The translations under genes were made by a program, and so were the position numbers. A stretch of DNA of 64,000 nt from a virus (taxonomy: Duplodnaviria > Caudoviricetes), in IMG/VR virus record IMGVR_UViG_3300028886_000051. The stretch is one strand, 5' to 3'. Below are positions 39,905-49,767 of the stretch, in pieces (position 1 is the stretch's first letter; each line of letters starts with the position of its first letter). The notes under the pieces were generated by a model, which did not search any database, had not been told where the DNA came from, and was given only the letters and a program-made list of their open reading frames with translations.

Positions 39905-40459
39905 ATGGTTTATGGAGTATTTGGTGGTTGTTATAGTGATTGGTATGTAGTTGGTTATTTTAACAATCGTCAAGATGCGGATAAATATTGCTGTGTATGT
40001 GGTGATGGTGATTATTATGTAAAACCGTTAAAAGATTTAACTGATGAAAAAGATTTATCAAAAGTATCATTAAAATACCATCATAAAGTTTTATTTGATT
40101 ATAAAGATGATGAAAACAGATGGGTTATGAGAGAAGAACCTGAAAGATACAATTGCTATATTGATAATGATTTAAGATGTAATAGTGTAAGACAAGGAAC
40201 ACTATGTAGAAATAATTGGGTATGTTTTAGTATAAATATTGACCATGATGATAGAAATTTAGCAGAAAAAATTGCTCAAGACTATTTAGCTGAACTTCGT
40301 TCTTATGGAGATGGAAAAATTTATGAAAAGAATATTGAATTGATGAATGATAAATTCGCAGCACCATTCAAGGAAAAAGAGAGAATAAGAAAAGAAGAAG
40401 AAATTAGACAAAAAGAAATTGCAGAATTAGAAAGATTAAAGGCTAAGTATGATGCATAA
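39905..40459 (+). CDS. Hypothetical protein (bracketed by sites 39849/40458)
   Basis: ORF with SD. Confidence 0.7.
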   Translation: MVYGVFGGCYSDWYVVGYFNNRQDADKYCCVCGDGDYYVKPLKDLTDEKDLSKVSLKYHHKVLFDYKDDENRWVMREEPERYNCYIDNDLRCNSVRQGTLCRNNWVCFSINIDHDDRNLAEKIAQDYLAELRSYGDGKIYEKNIELMNDKFAAPFKEKERIRKEEEIRQKEIAELERLKAKYDA

Positions 40460-40496
40460 TAAACGACAGTTTCTTGCGAAGATTAGAGGTGATTAA

Positions 40497-40778
40497 GTGG
40501 TATTAATAAATATAAATGACAACTGGGAAGAAGTTAGAGATTTGGAAGATGTTTCTAAAATAATCAGAGAATATTTTAATGAAGATTTGGCTTATGAAAT
40601 GGATAAGATGATTCCTGAACATACAGACGAAGAATATCGGGATTTAGAATGGCAATTAGAGGAAAAAGATGGCGATATTACTTCATTAGAAGATGAAAAT
40701 GATACTCTTAAAAATCGAATTGAGATTTTAGAAGATAAAATAGAAGAGTTGGAAGAAAAATTAGATAAATGCAAATAA
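40497..40778 (+). CDS. Acidic coiled-coil protein (bracketed by sites 40458/40780)
   Basis: ORF with SD. Confidence 0.65.
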   Translation: MVLININDNWEEVRDLEDVSKIIREYFNEDLAYEMDKMIPEHTDEEYRDLEWQLEEKDGDITSLEDENDTLKNRIEILEDKIEELEEKLDKCK

Positions 40779-40818
40779 CAAGAAGCCATTATTTTATGTG
40801 GAGATTAGGAGGTAGAGA

Positions 40819-41082
40819 ATGAAAGTAATTTTACAGTATACAGCTTGTATGTCTGACGATAAGAATGTTTTTGGAGTATTAGCTAGAAACAATGTAGAAA
40901 TTATTGAAACGAAACAAAAGCAGTTTTCAATTTATCCACTTGTCACAATTAGAGTCAAAGATACAAATACACTTAATAAAATTTTAGAGCAGTTAAATGA
41001 AAAATCTGTTTACGGGGTTAGGATTGCAAAAGTGAAATCAGACAAATCATTTATTGAGAGATTGAAGATGTTATTTAAATAA
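40819..41082 (+). CDS. Hypothetical protein (bracketed by sites 40780/41089)
   Basis: ORF with SD. Confidence 0.65.
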   Translation: MKVILQYTACMSDDKNVFGVLARNNVEIIETKQKQFSIYPLVTIRVKDTNTLNKILEQLNEKSVYGVRIAKVKSDKSFIERLKMLFK

Positions 41083-41135
41083 ATTCACAAAAATCTAAAC
41101 TTTCATTGGGATTTAAAAAATAGGAGGATTAAGAT

Positions 41136-41924
41136 TTGAAATTTGAGAATACAGAGGTATGGGGATTTGAACACGCATTTAGGGGTTTAAGAAATCCAAA
41201 AAATTCTTGGAATAGAAGTGATAGTAAATTTAATGATTATTATGACGAAGAACGAGCAGATGTTGATTTTGATGAATTATTAAAAGTATATCCTAATGCA
41301 TATATACATCATTGTAACATTAATGGATATTATACAGATATTATTGGTGAAGCGGATTTGAAACTTGCTCAGACTCTTATTAAAGCAGGAAATGAGCATA
41401 GAAAGTTTATGCGACAGATTTTTGTATCGGTTGATATTACAGCTCCTCTTTATTGGTGGAAAGAATTTGATACTTATAAAGTAGGAACGGTTGCGAACTC
41501 ATCGAGTACAATGCACAAGCTTGCTACAACACCAATTACATTAGATTGTTTTGAGATTGATGATTATGACAGAAATTTATCTCTTGCTGATAATCCAAAG
41601 GATGATGACGGGTTAGATAATATTTCAACATTTGAAGAGGATATTATTTATGTATTAGAAAATATTCGTCAGAAGTATCTTGAAACAAAAGATAAGAGAT
41701 ATTGGAAAGAGCTTATACGTTGGCTACCTGAATCATGGTTACAGAAGCGTACAGTTACAATGAATTATGAAAATGTTCGTAATATGTACTTTCAGCGTAA
41801 AAATCATAAGCTTACAGAGTGGTCAGAGTCATTTATCAAATGGGTAGAAACACTTCCATACGCAAAAGAGTTGATTATGTATGAGGCTAAATATGTTAAA
41901 ACATGTCATGATAAGCGAATCTGA
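41136..41924 (+). CDS. Divergent ThyX/Thy1-like protein
   Basis: HRKFMRQI, APLYWWKEFDTY, LPES, RKNHKL.EW; canonical RHR motif absent. Confidence 0.55.
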   Translation: MKFENTEVWGFEHAFRGLRNPKNSWNRSDSKFNDYYDEERADVDFDELLKVYPNAYIHHCNINGYYTDIIGEADLKLAQTLIKAGNEHRKFMRQIFVSVDITAPLYWWKEFDTYKVGTVANSSSTMHKLATTPITLDCFEIDDYDRNLSLADNPKDDDGLDNISTFEEDIIYVLENIRQKYLETKDKRYWKELIRWLPESWLQKRTVTMNYENVRNMYFQRKNHKLTEWSESFIKWVETLPYAKELIMYEAKYVKTCHDKRI

Positions 41925-42096
41925 ATATGAAGAGTATTGTAGATTAAAAGAAAAAGATTCACCTAAACTCAAAAAGCGTGTTAATTATAGAAAATATTGT
42001 CCAGTGTGCGGTTACTTAGTTGACGACTTAGTGCCGCCACAGAAATATTGCGATAGGTGTGGACAAAGGTTATGTACAAGTTTATTTGAAATATAG
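41893..42096 (+). CDS. Small zinc-finger protein
   Basis: CPVCG...CDRCGQ. Confidence 0.6.
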   Translation: MLKHVMISESEYEEYCRLKEKDSPKLKKRVNYRKYCPVCGYLVDDLVPPQKYCDRCGQRLCTSLFEI

Positions 42097-42104
42097 GAGA
42101 TAAT

Positions 42105-42317
42105 ATGAGAAATCCGAATAGATTATATAATTTCTATAGTGAAGTGACTCGGCTACATATGACATATATGCCAGATTGGAGAGCAGGACAATTCTGGTTA
42201 AATTTCTTGTTTTGGTTACAAAATGAAAAGAGAATTGATGGCTTTATTCCAGAAGAGGATAAAATGCTTACATATTTAAAAGAATATTGCGGAGAAAAGG
42301 AGGAAGTAAATGAATAA
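42105..42317 (+). CDS. Hypothetical protein
   Basis: MRNPNR...PDWRAGQ. Confidence 0.65.
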   Translation: MRNPNRLYNFYSEVTRLHMTYMPDWRAGQFWLNFLFWLQNEKRIDGFIPEEDKMLTYLKEYCGEKEEVNE

Positions 42318-44325
42318 ATTTGATATTACATCAAGGGTTGAAGAACTCAATAAAGCTTCCGAAGCTTATTATAATACTGGGCAGCTTATTATGAGTGATA
42401 CTGAGTTTGATAATAAGCTTGAAGAATTAAGACAGTGGGAAGAAGAGACTGGCATTGTGTTATCTAACAGTCCAACACATAATGTTGGTGCAACAGTATT
42501 AGATAATATAAAAGAAGTTACTCATAAAACACCAATGCTTTCACTTGAAAAGTGCCACAGCACAGAAGAGATTATTAAATTTGCAAATAATCATAATCTT
42601 GTGGCTTCTGTAAAGCTAGATGGTTTAACTGTACGTCTTACTTATAAAGATGGTAATTTAGTTTTAGCAGAATCCAGAGGGAATGGTACAGTCGGATCTG
42701 ATGTGACCGAACATGTTAAGCAATTCACCAATGTTCCATTACATATTGATAAGGAAGGAACTTATATAATTGATGGTGAAGCACTGATTAAATTAGATAA
42801 TTTTGCTGAGATTAATACAAACGGAAAATATAAAAATAGCCGTAATTTAGCAGCAGGCACATTATCAAGTCTTGATACATCAGTTGTAAAAGATAGAAAA
42901 TTATCTTGGTACGCTTGGGAAGTCGTTGATGGTTCTAATATTAATGGGTTTCAAAAACAATTACTTGAGGCTGCTGATTTTGGTTTTGAAATAGTTCCAA
43001 ATGTTTTGTTGAGTAAAGTAAAAAAAGATAATAATTTTCACGATGACAATTTGGCAATAGAAGCCTGTCTACATCTTATTTTTAATATTGCTGATAATAA
43101 TAAGTTACCTCAAGATGGTGTTGTATTTAAGTTTGATGATGTAGCATACGGAAAATCGCTTGGTAATACTTCACATCATTTTAAAAATGGTATTGCTTAT
43201 AAGATATTCAATGATTCAGTAGAAACAGAATTGGTAGACATTGAATGGACAATGGGCAAGACAGGAAGTTTATGTCCAACTGCTGTGTTCAACCCTGTGA
43301 AAATAGAAGGAAGTACAGTAAATCGTGCATCACTTCATAATATTTCAATAATGAAAGAAATTTTAGATAAACCTTGGGTTGGTCAGCATATTGGTGTGTT
43401 TAAGGCAAATCTTATAATTCCACAGGTTCGATGGGCTGAACAAGGTAAACCTTTTAAGGACGGCAATGAAGAAATGTATAATGAATTAAACATTCCTGAT
43501 AAATGTCCTATTTGTGGTCAACCTACAAAGATTGTTAAAGAGAATGATTCAGAAGTTCTTTACTGTACTAACGAAGACTGTAAAGGACGATTACTTGGTC
43601 AACTTACACACGCTGTATCAAAATCAGCTCTTAATATTTCGGGTTTATCAGAATCTACTCTCGATAGATTAATTAAGCTTGGTTGGGTAACTTCTATTAA
43701 AGATATTTATCATTTATCAGACTATAAAAACCATATGATTGTACTTGATGGTTTTGGTAAAAGGTCTATTGAAAAACTTCTTAACTCTATTGAAGAGTCT
43801 CGTAATACAAGTCTTGAGCGTTTTCTTTATAGTCTATCAATTCCGTTGCTCGGCAAATCAGCAAGTATGATGATTGCAGATTCTGTTGATTATGACCTCG
43901 ACACGTTTATTAATGAAATGACAATTAAAGGCGCAGAATACTTTAGATATTTGCCTGGTGTTGGAGATTCGTTAATAAACTCACTCAATATTTATTGGAA
44001 AAATCATTACTCAGACATACTTCAGTTGGCAAATGAGTTTACGTTTGAGACACAGAAATCCATTATGTCAGAAACCACAAATGAATTAGAGAATAAGACT
44101 TTTGTTATTACAGGAAGTGTAAAACATTACCAGAATCGTGATGCTCTCAAAGCTGATATTGAAGCTCATGGTGGCAAAGTCGTAGGAAGTGTATCTTCTA
44201 AAGTAAATTATCTTATTAATAACGATATCAACTCAACTTCATCTAAAAATCAGAAAGCAAAATCGCTTAATATACCAATTATAACAGAAGAAGAGTTTAT
44301 TTCTTTAATTGAGGGGAGTTTGTAA
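42310..44325 (+). CDS. ligA: NAD-dependent DNA ligase
   Basis: MLSL, KLDG, SRGNG, RNLAAG, DGVV, Zn finger, HhH, BRCT. Confidence 0.95.
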   Translation: MNKFDITSRVEELNKASEAYYNTGQLIMSDTEFDNKLEELRQWEEETGIVLSNSPTHNVGATVLDNIKEVTHKTPMLSLEKCHSTEEIIKFANNHNLVASVKLDGLTVRLTYKDGNLVLAESRGNGTVGSDVTEHVKQFTNVPLHIDKEGTYIIDGEALIKLDNFAEINTNGKYKNSRNLAAGTLSSLDTSVVKDRKLSWYAWEVVDGSNINGFQKQLLEAADFGFEIVPNVLLSKVKKDNNFHDDNLAIEACLHLIFNIADNNKLPQDGVVFKFDDVAYGKSLGNTSHHFKNGIAYKIFNDSVETELVDIEWTMGKTGSLCPTAVFNPVKIEGSTVNRASLHNISIMKEILDKPWVGQHIGVFKANLIIPQVRWAEQGKPFKDGNEEMYNELNIPDKCPICGQPTKIVKENDSEVLYCTNEDCKGRLLGQLTHAVSKSALNISGLSESTLDRLIKLGWVTSIKDIYHLSDYKNHMIVLDGFGKRSIEKLLNSIEESRNTSLERFLYSLSIPLLGKSASMMIADSVDYDLDTFINEMTIKGAEYFRYLPGVGDSLINSLNIYWKNHYSDILQLANEFTFETQKSIMSETTNELENKTFVITGSVKHYQNRDALKADIEAHGGKVVGSVSSKVNYLINNDINSTSSKNQKAKSLNIPIITEEEFISLIEGSL

Positions 44326-44876
44326 TGCTTATATTAACTGGAAAATCTGCAAGTGGCAAAGATACTATAACTAATATCTTAATAAAAAAATATGGCTTTA
44401 AAAAATTAATAACATATACAACTCGCCCAATGAGAAAAAACGAGATAAATGGTGTTACATATCATTATATTTCAGATGAAGAATTTCTTAATAAGGTTGA
44501 AAATGGATTTTTTGCTGAATGGAAAAAATATAAAACAACTCAAGGAATTTGGTATTATGGTTCTGCTATAGAAGATTATGCAAAATCAGACAATAATACA
44601 GTAATAATACTTACACCTAATGGTATTAGAGATATTAAAAAATTAGGCTTTAAAGATATAAAAATTTTTTATATCTTTAGCGATAAGGATACTATTAAGA
44701 AAAGACTAAGTATCAGGGGAGATAATCCTGATGAAGTTATTAGACGTATGGAAAAAGATGATGAAGATTTTAAAGATATAACAAATTTAGTTGATGAAAC
44801 TATAATGAATACCTTTGACAGTAAAATATCATCAGTTGTAAATGAGATTCAATCACTCTACAAAAAGAGAATATAA
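44325..44876 (+). CDS. gmk: Guanylate kinase
   Basis: GKSASGKD, YTTRPMRKNEINGVTYHY. Confidence 0.88.
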   Translation: MLILTGKSASGKDTITNILIKKYGFKKLITYTTRPMRKNEINGVTYHYISDEEFLNKVENGFFAEWKKYKTTQGIWYYGSAIEDYAKSDNNTVIILTPNGIRDIKKLGFKDIKIFYIFSDKDTIKKRLSIRGDNPDEVIRRMEKDDEDFKDITNLVDETIMNTFDSKISSVVNEIQSLYKKRI

Positions 44877-44894
44877 CTATATATAATAAAGGAA

Positions 44895-45779
44895 GTGATA
44901 ATAATTAGAATCCAAAGAATAATTTCTATATTAATATGTATTTGTTGGTCAGCTATATTGGGAATAGCTTTAACAGATAAATCTAGTAATAAGTCAACAC
45001 TAACAACTAATAATAATATTAATATAGAAGAAACAAAATTGCCAATTGCAGGTATTAGTAAGTATATAACGAATATAGTATCAAATCCAAATAGCTTACA
45101 AGAGTCTGAGCCTGAAATTGACGAATCCGAACAAGCGACTGAAGATTGGCACATAGGTTATACAAATGCTTATGTAAACATCAGAGCTGCCCCATCTATA
45201 AACTCAGAAGTATATACAGTTTATCCATACAATATGGAAATATCTTATACACCATATGATTCAGAATGGTATGAAATAAAATATGGTGTCTCAAAGGCTT
45301 ATATAGCCCTTCAATTTGTTTCAGACAATAAAATAGACTACGTTGAAATTAAAATGCCTAATAATAATGGCTTTAAATCCTATATGGATTATAGAACTAT
45401 AACAAATAAAGAAAGCTCACAATATTTGTTACAAAAAAGTGCTTACTCTGGTAATTATGGTATTAGAGAAGTGAATGGTAGATATTGTGTGGCATTAGGT
45501 ACATATTTTAATTTGGAAATAGGAAGATACTTTGATTTGATCTTAGAAGATGGCACAAGCTTACCTTGTGTAGTTGGTGATATTAAAGCTAATAAAGATA
45601 CATTATCTGATAACATAACAACAGCTCATAATGGATGTGTGAGTGAGTTCATTGTAGATACAAACGAACTTCATAATATTGCCAAGATAAATGGTAACAT
45701 TTCTTATTGTGAAGAAAATTGGGGATATAAAGTTGTAGCGATTAGGATATATGATAAAAATTATTTTAAGGAGGAATAA
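44895..45779 (+). CDS. Membrane-anchored SH3b + putative cell-wall hydrolase domain protein
   Basis: N-terminal TM, VNIRAAPS SH3b, KSYMDYR...VALG...GDIKA. Confidence 0.6.
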   Translation: MIIIRIQRIISILICICWSAILGIALTDKSSNKSTLTTNNNINIEETKLPIAGISKYITNIVSNPNSLQESEPEIDESEQATEDWHIGYTNAYVNIRAAPSINSEVYTVYPYNMEISYTPYDSEWYEIKYGVSKAYIALQFVSDNKIDYVEIKMPNNNGFKSYMDYRTITNKESSQYLLQKSAYSGNYGIREVNGRYCVALGTYFNLEIGRYFDLILEDGTSLPCVVGDIKANKDTLSDNITTAHNGCVSEFIVDTNELHNIAKINGNISYCEENWGYKVVAIRIYDKNYFKEE

Positions 45780-45783
45780 TGAG

Positions 45784-46041
45784 ATGGAAACAAGGATAGA
45801 AAAGAAGATAAAGTTTAAAAACTTTGAAGAAGTTGCTAACTTTATTGACGATATGACTTCGGTAAATACTGACGTAGATGTGATTAGCAATAAATACATA
45901 GTATCAGCAAAATCTATTATGGGTTTATTAACATTAGATTTAAGTAAGATCTTGGACATCTATTTTTATGGTAATGAAGAATCAGAGGATTTTAAGAAAT
46001 TTATTGACATAGTTGAAAAATATGCACCAGAAAGGAATTAA
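45784..46041 (+). CDS. HPr-like protein (Ser46 motif, no His15)
   Basis: VSAKSIMGLLTL. Confidence 0.7.
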   Translation: METRIEKKIKFKNFEEVANFIDDMTSVNTDVDVISNKYIVSAKSIMGLLTLDLSKILDIYFYGNEESEDFKKFIDIVEKYAPERN

Positions 46042-46791
46042 TTATATGTATATGATAAATGATAACCATATAGATTTATATAACGTTACAGTAGGCGATT
46101 GTATAGATTTATATGAATTTAAAGGTATAGTTTCAATTCTTAGTGATGGAATGTTGCTTGGATTTGAAAAAGATAGCTGTTTTGAGGGTAAATAGGGTAA
46201 AAATATGACAATATGTACAGATAAATGTACTTCTTGTGTTAATGGAGAGTTAATACAGAAGTCAAGGGCAGATATAAAAATACGTTGTGAAGCAAAAGAT
46301 AAACTTCTACCTTATGGGTGTAAAGTAGAATGTGAATTTTTTGAAAAGAAAAAGGGAGAATAATATGGGTGTAAATATAATTATATTAATTTTAATTGGT
46401 ATTTTTCTTTTAAATTGTTTATTTTGTTTTGCAATGTGTAAAGCAGCATCAGATTTTGATGATATTTCAGATTTAAAAGAAAGTGAGGAAAATAATTATT
46501 TTACCAATAATGACAACACATTCATTAGCTAGAGAATTATTGGAAAAGCCTGACGGATTCGTGACTGCAACTATTGAAGGTAAAGAATTTGCAGTCACAG
46601 GATTCCGAAGAATGGCAACTTGTGCAAATTATGATGATACAAGTTTATATTGGACTTTAGTGTTAAGTGAATGCGAAAATAATAAAAATAAAAAAGTATG
46701 ATGTGTAAAACCCTTGTAAAATAAGGGTTTCAGAGGTTTAAAATTACAATGAAAGGTTGATTTCTTGTGGAATTAAGAAAGGAGATAAAAT

Positions 46792-49017
46792 TTGAAAGTA
46801 ATTAAAAGAGATGGTCGAAAAGTTGATTTTGACCGTAACAAAATTATAAAAGCGGTTCTTGCTGCTTTCAATGAGGTAGATGGTGAAATTACCACAGAAG
46901 CAAAAAGAAAGGCTACAGTAATTACAAATCACATTGAATCATTAAATAAGAAGTCTATGAATGTTGAAGGTATTCAGGACATTATTGAAACGATGCTTAT
47001 GGATGGTAAGCGCAAAGATGTTGCTAGAGCATTTGTGATTTACAGAAATGACAGGACGAGAGAAAGAGAAAAACATAGCGACATTGTAAAGCGTGTTATG
47101 AAAAGAGTAAATGCAACAGATGTTCAGAACGCTAATGCTAATGTGGATGAAAAGAGTTTTTCTGGTAGAGAAAAAGAAGCGTCTGCCGATGTAGGAAAGA
47201 CCATTGCATTAGATTACGGTGGATTAAGCAAAGAGGTCGCACAGGCTCATAAAGATATGCTTATATATCAACATGATTTGGAAAAAGCAATTTATGGAGT
47301 GCATAATTGTCTTAATCTTGACTTTGGAGAAATTTTTACATACGGATTTAAGACACGCAATGGTGATGTAAGACCTCCAAAATCTTTCAGTACAGCTTGT
47401 CAGTTGGTTGCAGTAGCTTTTCAATGTCAGAGTCAGGTTCAGTTTGGAGGAGTTGGAAGTATTCATTTAGACTATGACTTAGCTCCTTTTGTAAAAATGA
47501 GTTTTTCAAAACACTTTAAAGATGGACTTAAATGGGTTGAAAATGAATCAGAAGATTATATTAATCATGTTCCAAAGTCTATTGGTATAGAAGATTTAGA
47601 AGCTAAATCACATAAAAAAGCATATGAATATGCTATGACAATGCTTGAAAATGAAGGTCAACAGTCAGCACAAGGATTATATCATAATTTAAATACTCTT
47701 GAATCACGTCAAGGCTCGCAAGTGCCATTCACTAGCATCAATCTTGGACGAGATACTTCACCAGAGGGAAGATTGGTTACTAAATGGATTATGAATGCAA
47801 GTATTGATGGTATTGGTGAACATCATTTAACAAGTATTTTTCCTATTAGTATTTTTCAATACAAAAATGGTGTTAATGCAAAACCAGGAGATCCAAATTA
47901 TGATTTGAAACAATTGGCATTAAAATCTATGTCAAAAAGAATTTATCCTAACTGGTGCAACGGAAATTGGTCACAGGCACATGAAGATGAAGATGATCCA
48001 GATACATTTTTCTCAACAATGGGCTGCCGTACTTTAGTTGGATATGACCGTCATGGGTTAGGTTATATTCGTCAGGGAAGAGGTAATAATGTACCAAATA
48101 CAATTATTTTGCCTAAGCTTGGCATTGAATATGGTATTTGTCTAGGCAAAAGAGATAAAGCAGATTTAGATGGATTTTGGAACGGTCTTGAAAATGCTTT
48201 ACAGTTATGTGAAAAAGGATTACTTGAAAGGTATGAATTAATCAAAAAACAGTCACCAAAATCAGCACCTTTCATGTATCAGAATCACACTATGAAAGGT
48301 TCAAGAGATTGTACTGAGACAGTAGAAAATGCAGTGAAACATAATACTCTTGGAATTGGATTGATTGGCGTTGCTGAAATGTGTGTTGCCTTATTTGGTA
48401 AAAATCATGCAGAGGATGAAAATATACACGCATTTGCATTATCAGTAGTTAAGAGAATATATGATTATGCAAAAGAAGCCAGTGAAAGAAATGATTTGAA
48501 TTTTGGATGTTATTTTACTCCGGCTGAAGGACTCTGTAGAACAGCATTAAAGGCATTAAGAGAACAATATGGTGTGATTCCAAATGTTACAAGCCATGAA
48601 TATCTTACTAATTCAGTGCACGTGCCAGTATGGCAGAAAGTTTCTATTTATGACAAATTAAGAATTGAAGCTCCATTTACAAAGTATGCAACATCAGGAT
48701 GTATCACTTACATAGAACTTGAATCTACTTTTGTACAGAATACAAAAGCTATAGAAGATATTATTGATTATGCTTTTAATGAGTTAGATATTCCTTATTT
48801 AGCATTTAATTTCCCAATTGATAGTTGTTTAGACTGTGGATACCAAGGTGAATTTAATAATGAATGCCCTCAGTGTGGAAGCAAAAACATTCAACAGTTG
48901 AGACGTGTGACAGGATACCTCACTACGGACTACCGCAATTTTAACGAAGGAAAACAAGCAGAAGTAGAAGAAAGAGTAAAGCATAGTGCATATACAAGCT
49001 TTGGAGATGAGAAATAA
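46792..49017 (+). CDS. nrdD: Anaerobic ribonucleoside-triphosphate reductase
   Basis: ATP cone VIKRDG, MGCRT, TPAEGL, CxxC..CxxC, RRVTGYL. Confidence 0.95.
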   Translation: MKVIKRDGRKVDFDRNKIIKAVLAAFNEVDGEITTEAKRKATVITNHIESLNKKSMNVEGIQDIIETMLMDGKRKDVARAFVIYRNDRTREREKHSDIVKRVMKRVNATDVQNANANVDEKSFSGREKEASADVGKTIALDYGGLSKEVAQAHKDMLIYQHDLEKAIYGVHNCLNLDFGEIFTYGFKTRNGDVRPPKSFSTACQLVAVAFQCQSQVQFGGVGSIHLDYDLAPFVKMSFSKHFKDGLKWVENESEDYINHVPKSIGIEDLEAKSHKKAYEYAMTMLENEGQQSAQGLYHNLNTLESRQGSQVPFTSINLGRDTSPEGRLVTKWIMNASIDGIGEHHLTSIFPISIFQYKNGVNAKPGDPNYDLKQLALKSMSKRIYPNWCNGNWSQAHEDEDDPDTFFSTMGCRTLVGYDRHGLGYIRQGRGNNVPNTIILPKLGIEYGICLGKRDKADLDGFWNGLENALQLCEKGLLERYELIKKQSPKSAPFMYQNHTMKGSRDCTETVENAVKHNTLGIGLIGVAEMCVALFGKNHAEDENIHAFALSVVKRIYDYAKEASERNDLNFGCYFTPAEGLCRTALKALREQYGVIPNVTSHEYLTNSVHVPVWQKVSIYDKLRIEAPFTKYATSGCITYIELESTFVQNTKAIEDIIDYAFNELDIPYLAFNFPIDSCLDCGYQGEFNNECPQCGSKNIQQLRRVTGYLTTDYRNFNEGKQAEVEERVKHSAYTSFGDEK

Positions 49018-49523
49018 TGTTACATATTGCAGGTGTGAATTATGAATCTATCGCAGATTCTGACGGTGTTTCATGTGTGATTTTCTTTAGCGGTTGTAAA
49101 CATTTTTGCAAAGGATGCCATTCAAAAGATACATGGGATTTCAATTATGGAATCCCTGTATCAGATGAATTAGCAATAACAATCAATAATGAAATAGATA
49201 AAAGACCATTCTTATCAGCTCTTGTATTGAGTGGCGGCGATCCAATGTATTCATCGTCAGAAGTATTAGAATTTATATCAAAAATCCACATACCCAACAA
49301 TACAATTTGGTGTTATTCTGGATTCTTAATCGAAGAAATTCAACAAAATTCAGAAATGAAAAAATTACTAGACAAGTGCAATATATTAATAGATGGTCAA
49401 TTTGAGATTGAAAAAAGAGTGATTAATTCTGGGTTTTATGGTAGTAGTAATCAAAGAATTTGGAGAAAAAATAAAAATGGTGAGTGGTTTATAGATTCTT
49501 CACGCTCTCCACATATTCAGTAA
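49017..49523 (+). CDS. nrdG: Anaerobic RNR activating enzyme (complete)
   Basis: CKHFCKGC, SGGDP, IWCYSGF, IDG, GSSNQR. Confidence 0.92.
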   Translation: MLHIAGVNYESIADSDGVSCVIFFSGCKHFCKGCHSKDTWDFNYGIPVSDELAITINNEIDKRPFLSALVLSGGDPMYSSSEVLEFISKIHIPNNTIWCYSGFLIEEIQQNSEMKKLLDKCNILIDGQFEIEKRVINSGFYGSSNQRIWRKNKNGEWFIDSSRSPHIQ

Positions 49524-49644
49524 GTATCTTATTGATGAGATTGGTTAATGAACGTCCATCTTTCTTAGCGAGTTCTTCTAATTTAGCTTTCATGTCTTTG
49601 TTCATATTAACAAGTACACCAGTTTTATCTTTACCGACAGCCAT
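49489..49644 (-). CDS. Ribbon-helix-helix regulator
   Basis: GVLVNMNKDMKAKLEELAKKDGRSLTNLINKIL; SD GGAGGTG. Confidence 0.8.
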   Translation of the reverse strand: MAVGKDKTGVLVNMNKDMKAKLEELAKKDGRSLTNLINKILTEYVESVKNL

Positions 49645-49666
49645 ATTATCACCTCCGTTTGAGAGA

Positions 49667-49742
49667 ATAATAACATATAGAACAGTTATAGTCAAGTTAT
49701 ATAACTTTCTGCTTGACAAAGGTTATATAACGGTTATATAAT
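49667..49742. promoter_or_regulatory. Divergent promoters with GTTATATAAC operator palindromes
   Basis: TTGACA(49713)-18-TATAAT; TTGACT-17-TATTAT on minus strand; GTTATATAAC at 49696 and 49722, near-copy at 49733. Confidence 0.72.
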
Positions 49743-49767
49743 CTAATCAGAAAAGAGGTGAAACAAT

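Noticed and set aside
942-48275. Numerous short minus-strand ORFs in the track
   Set aside because: Antisense shadows of well-supported plus-strand genes (except the HTH gene at 9084-9281).
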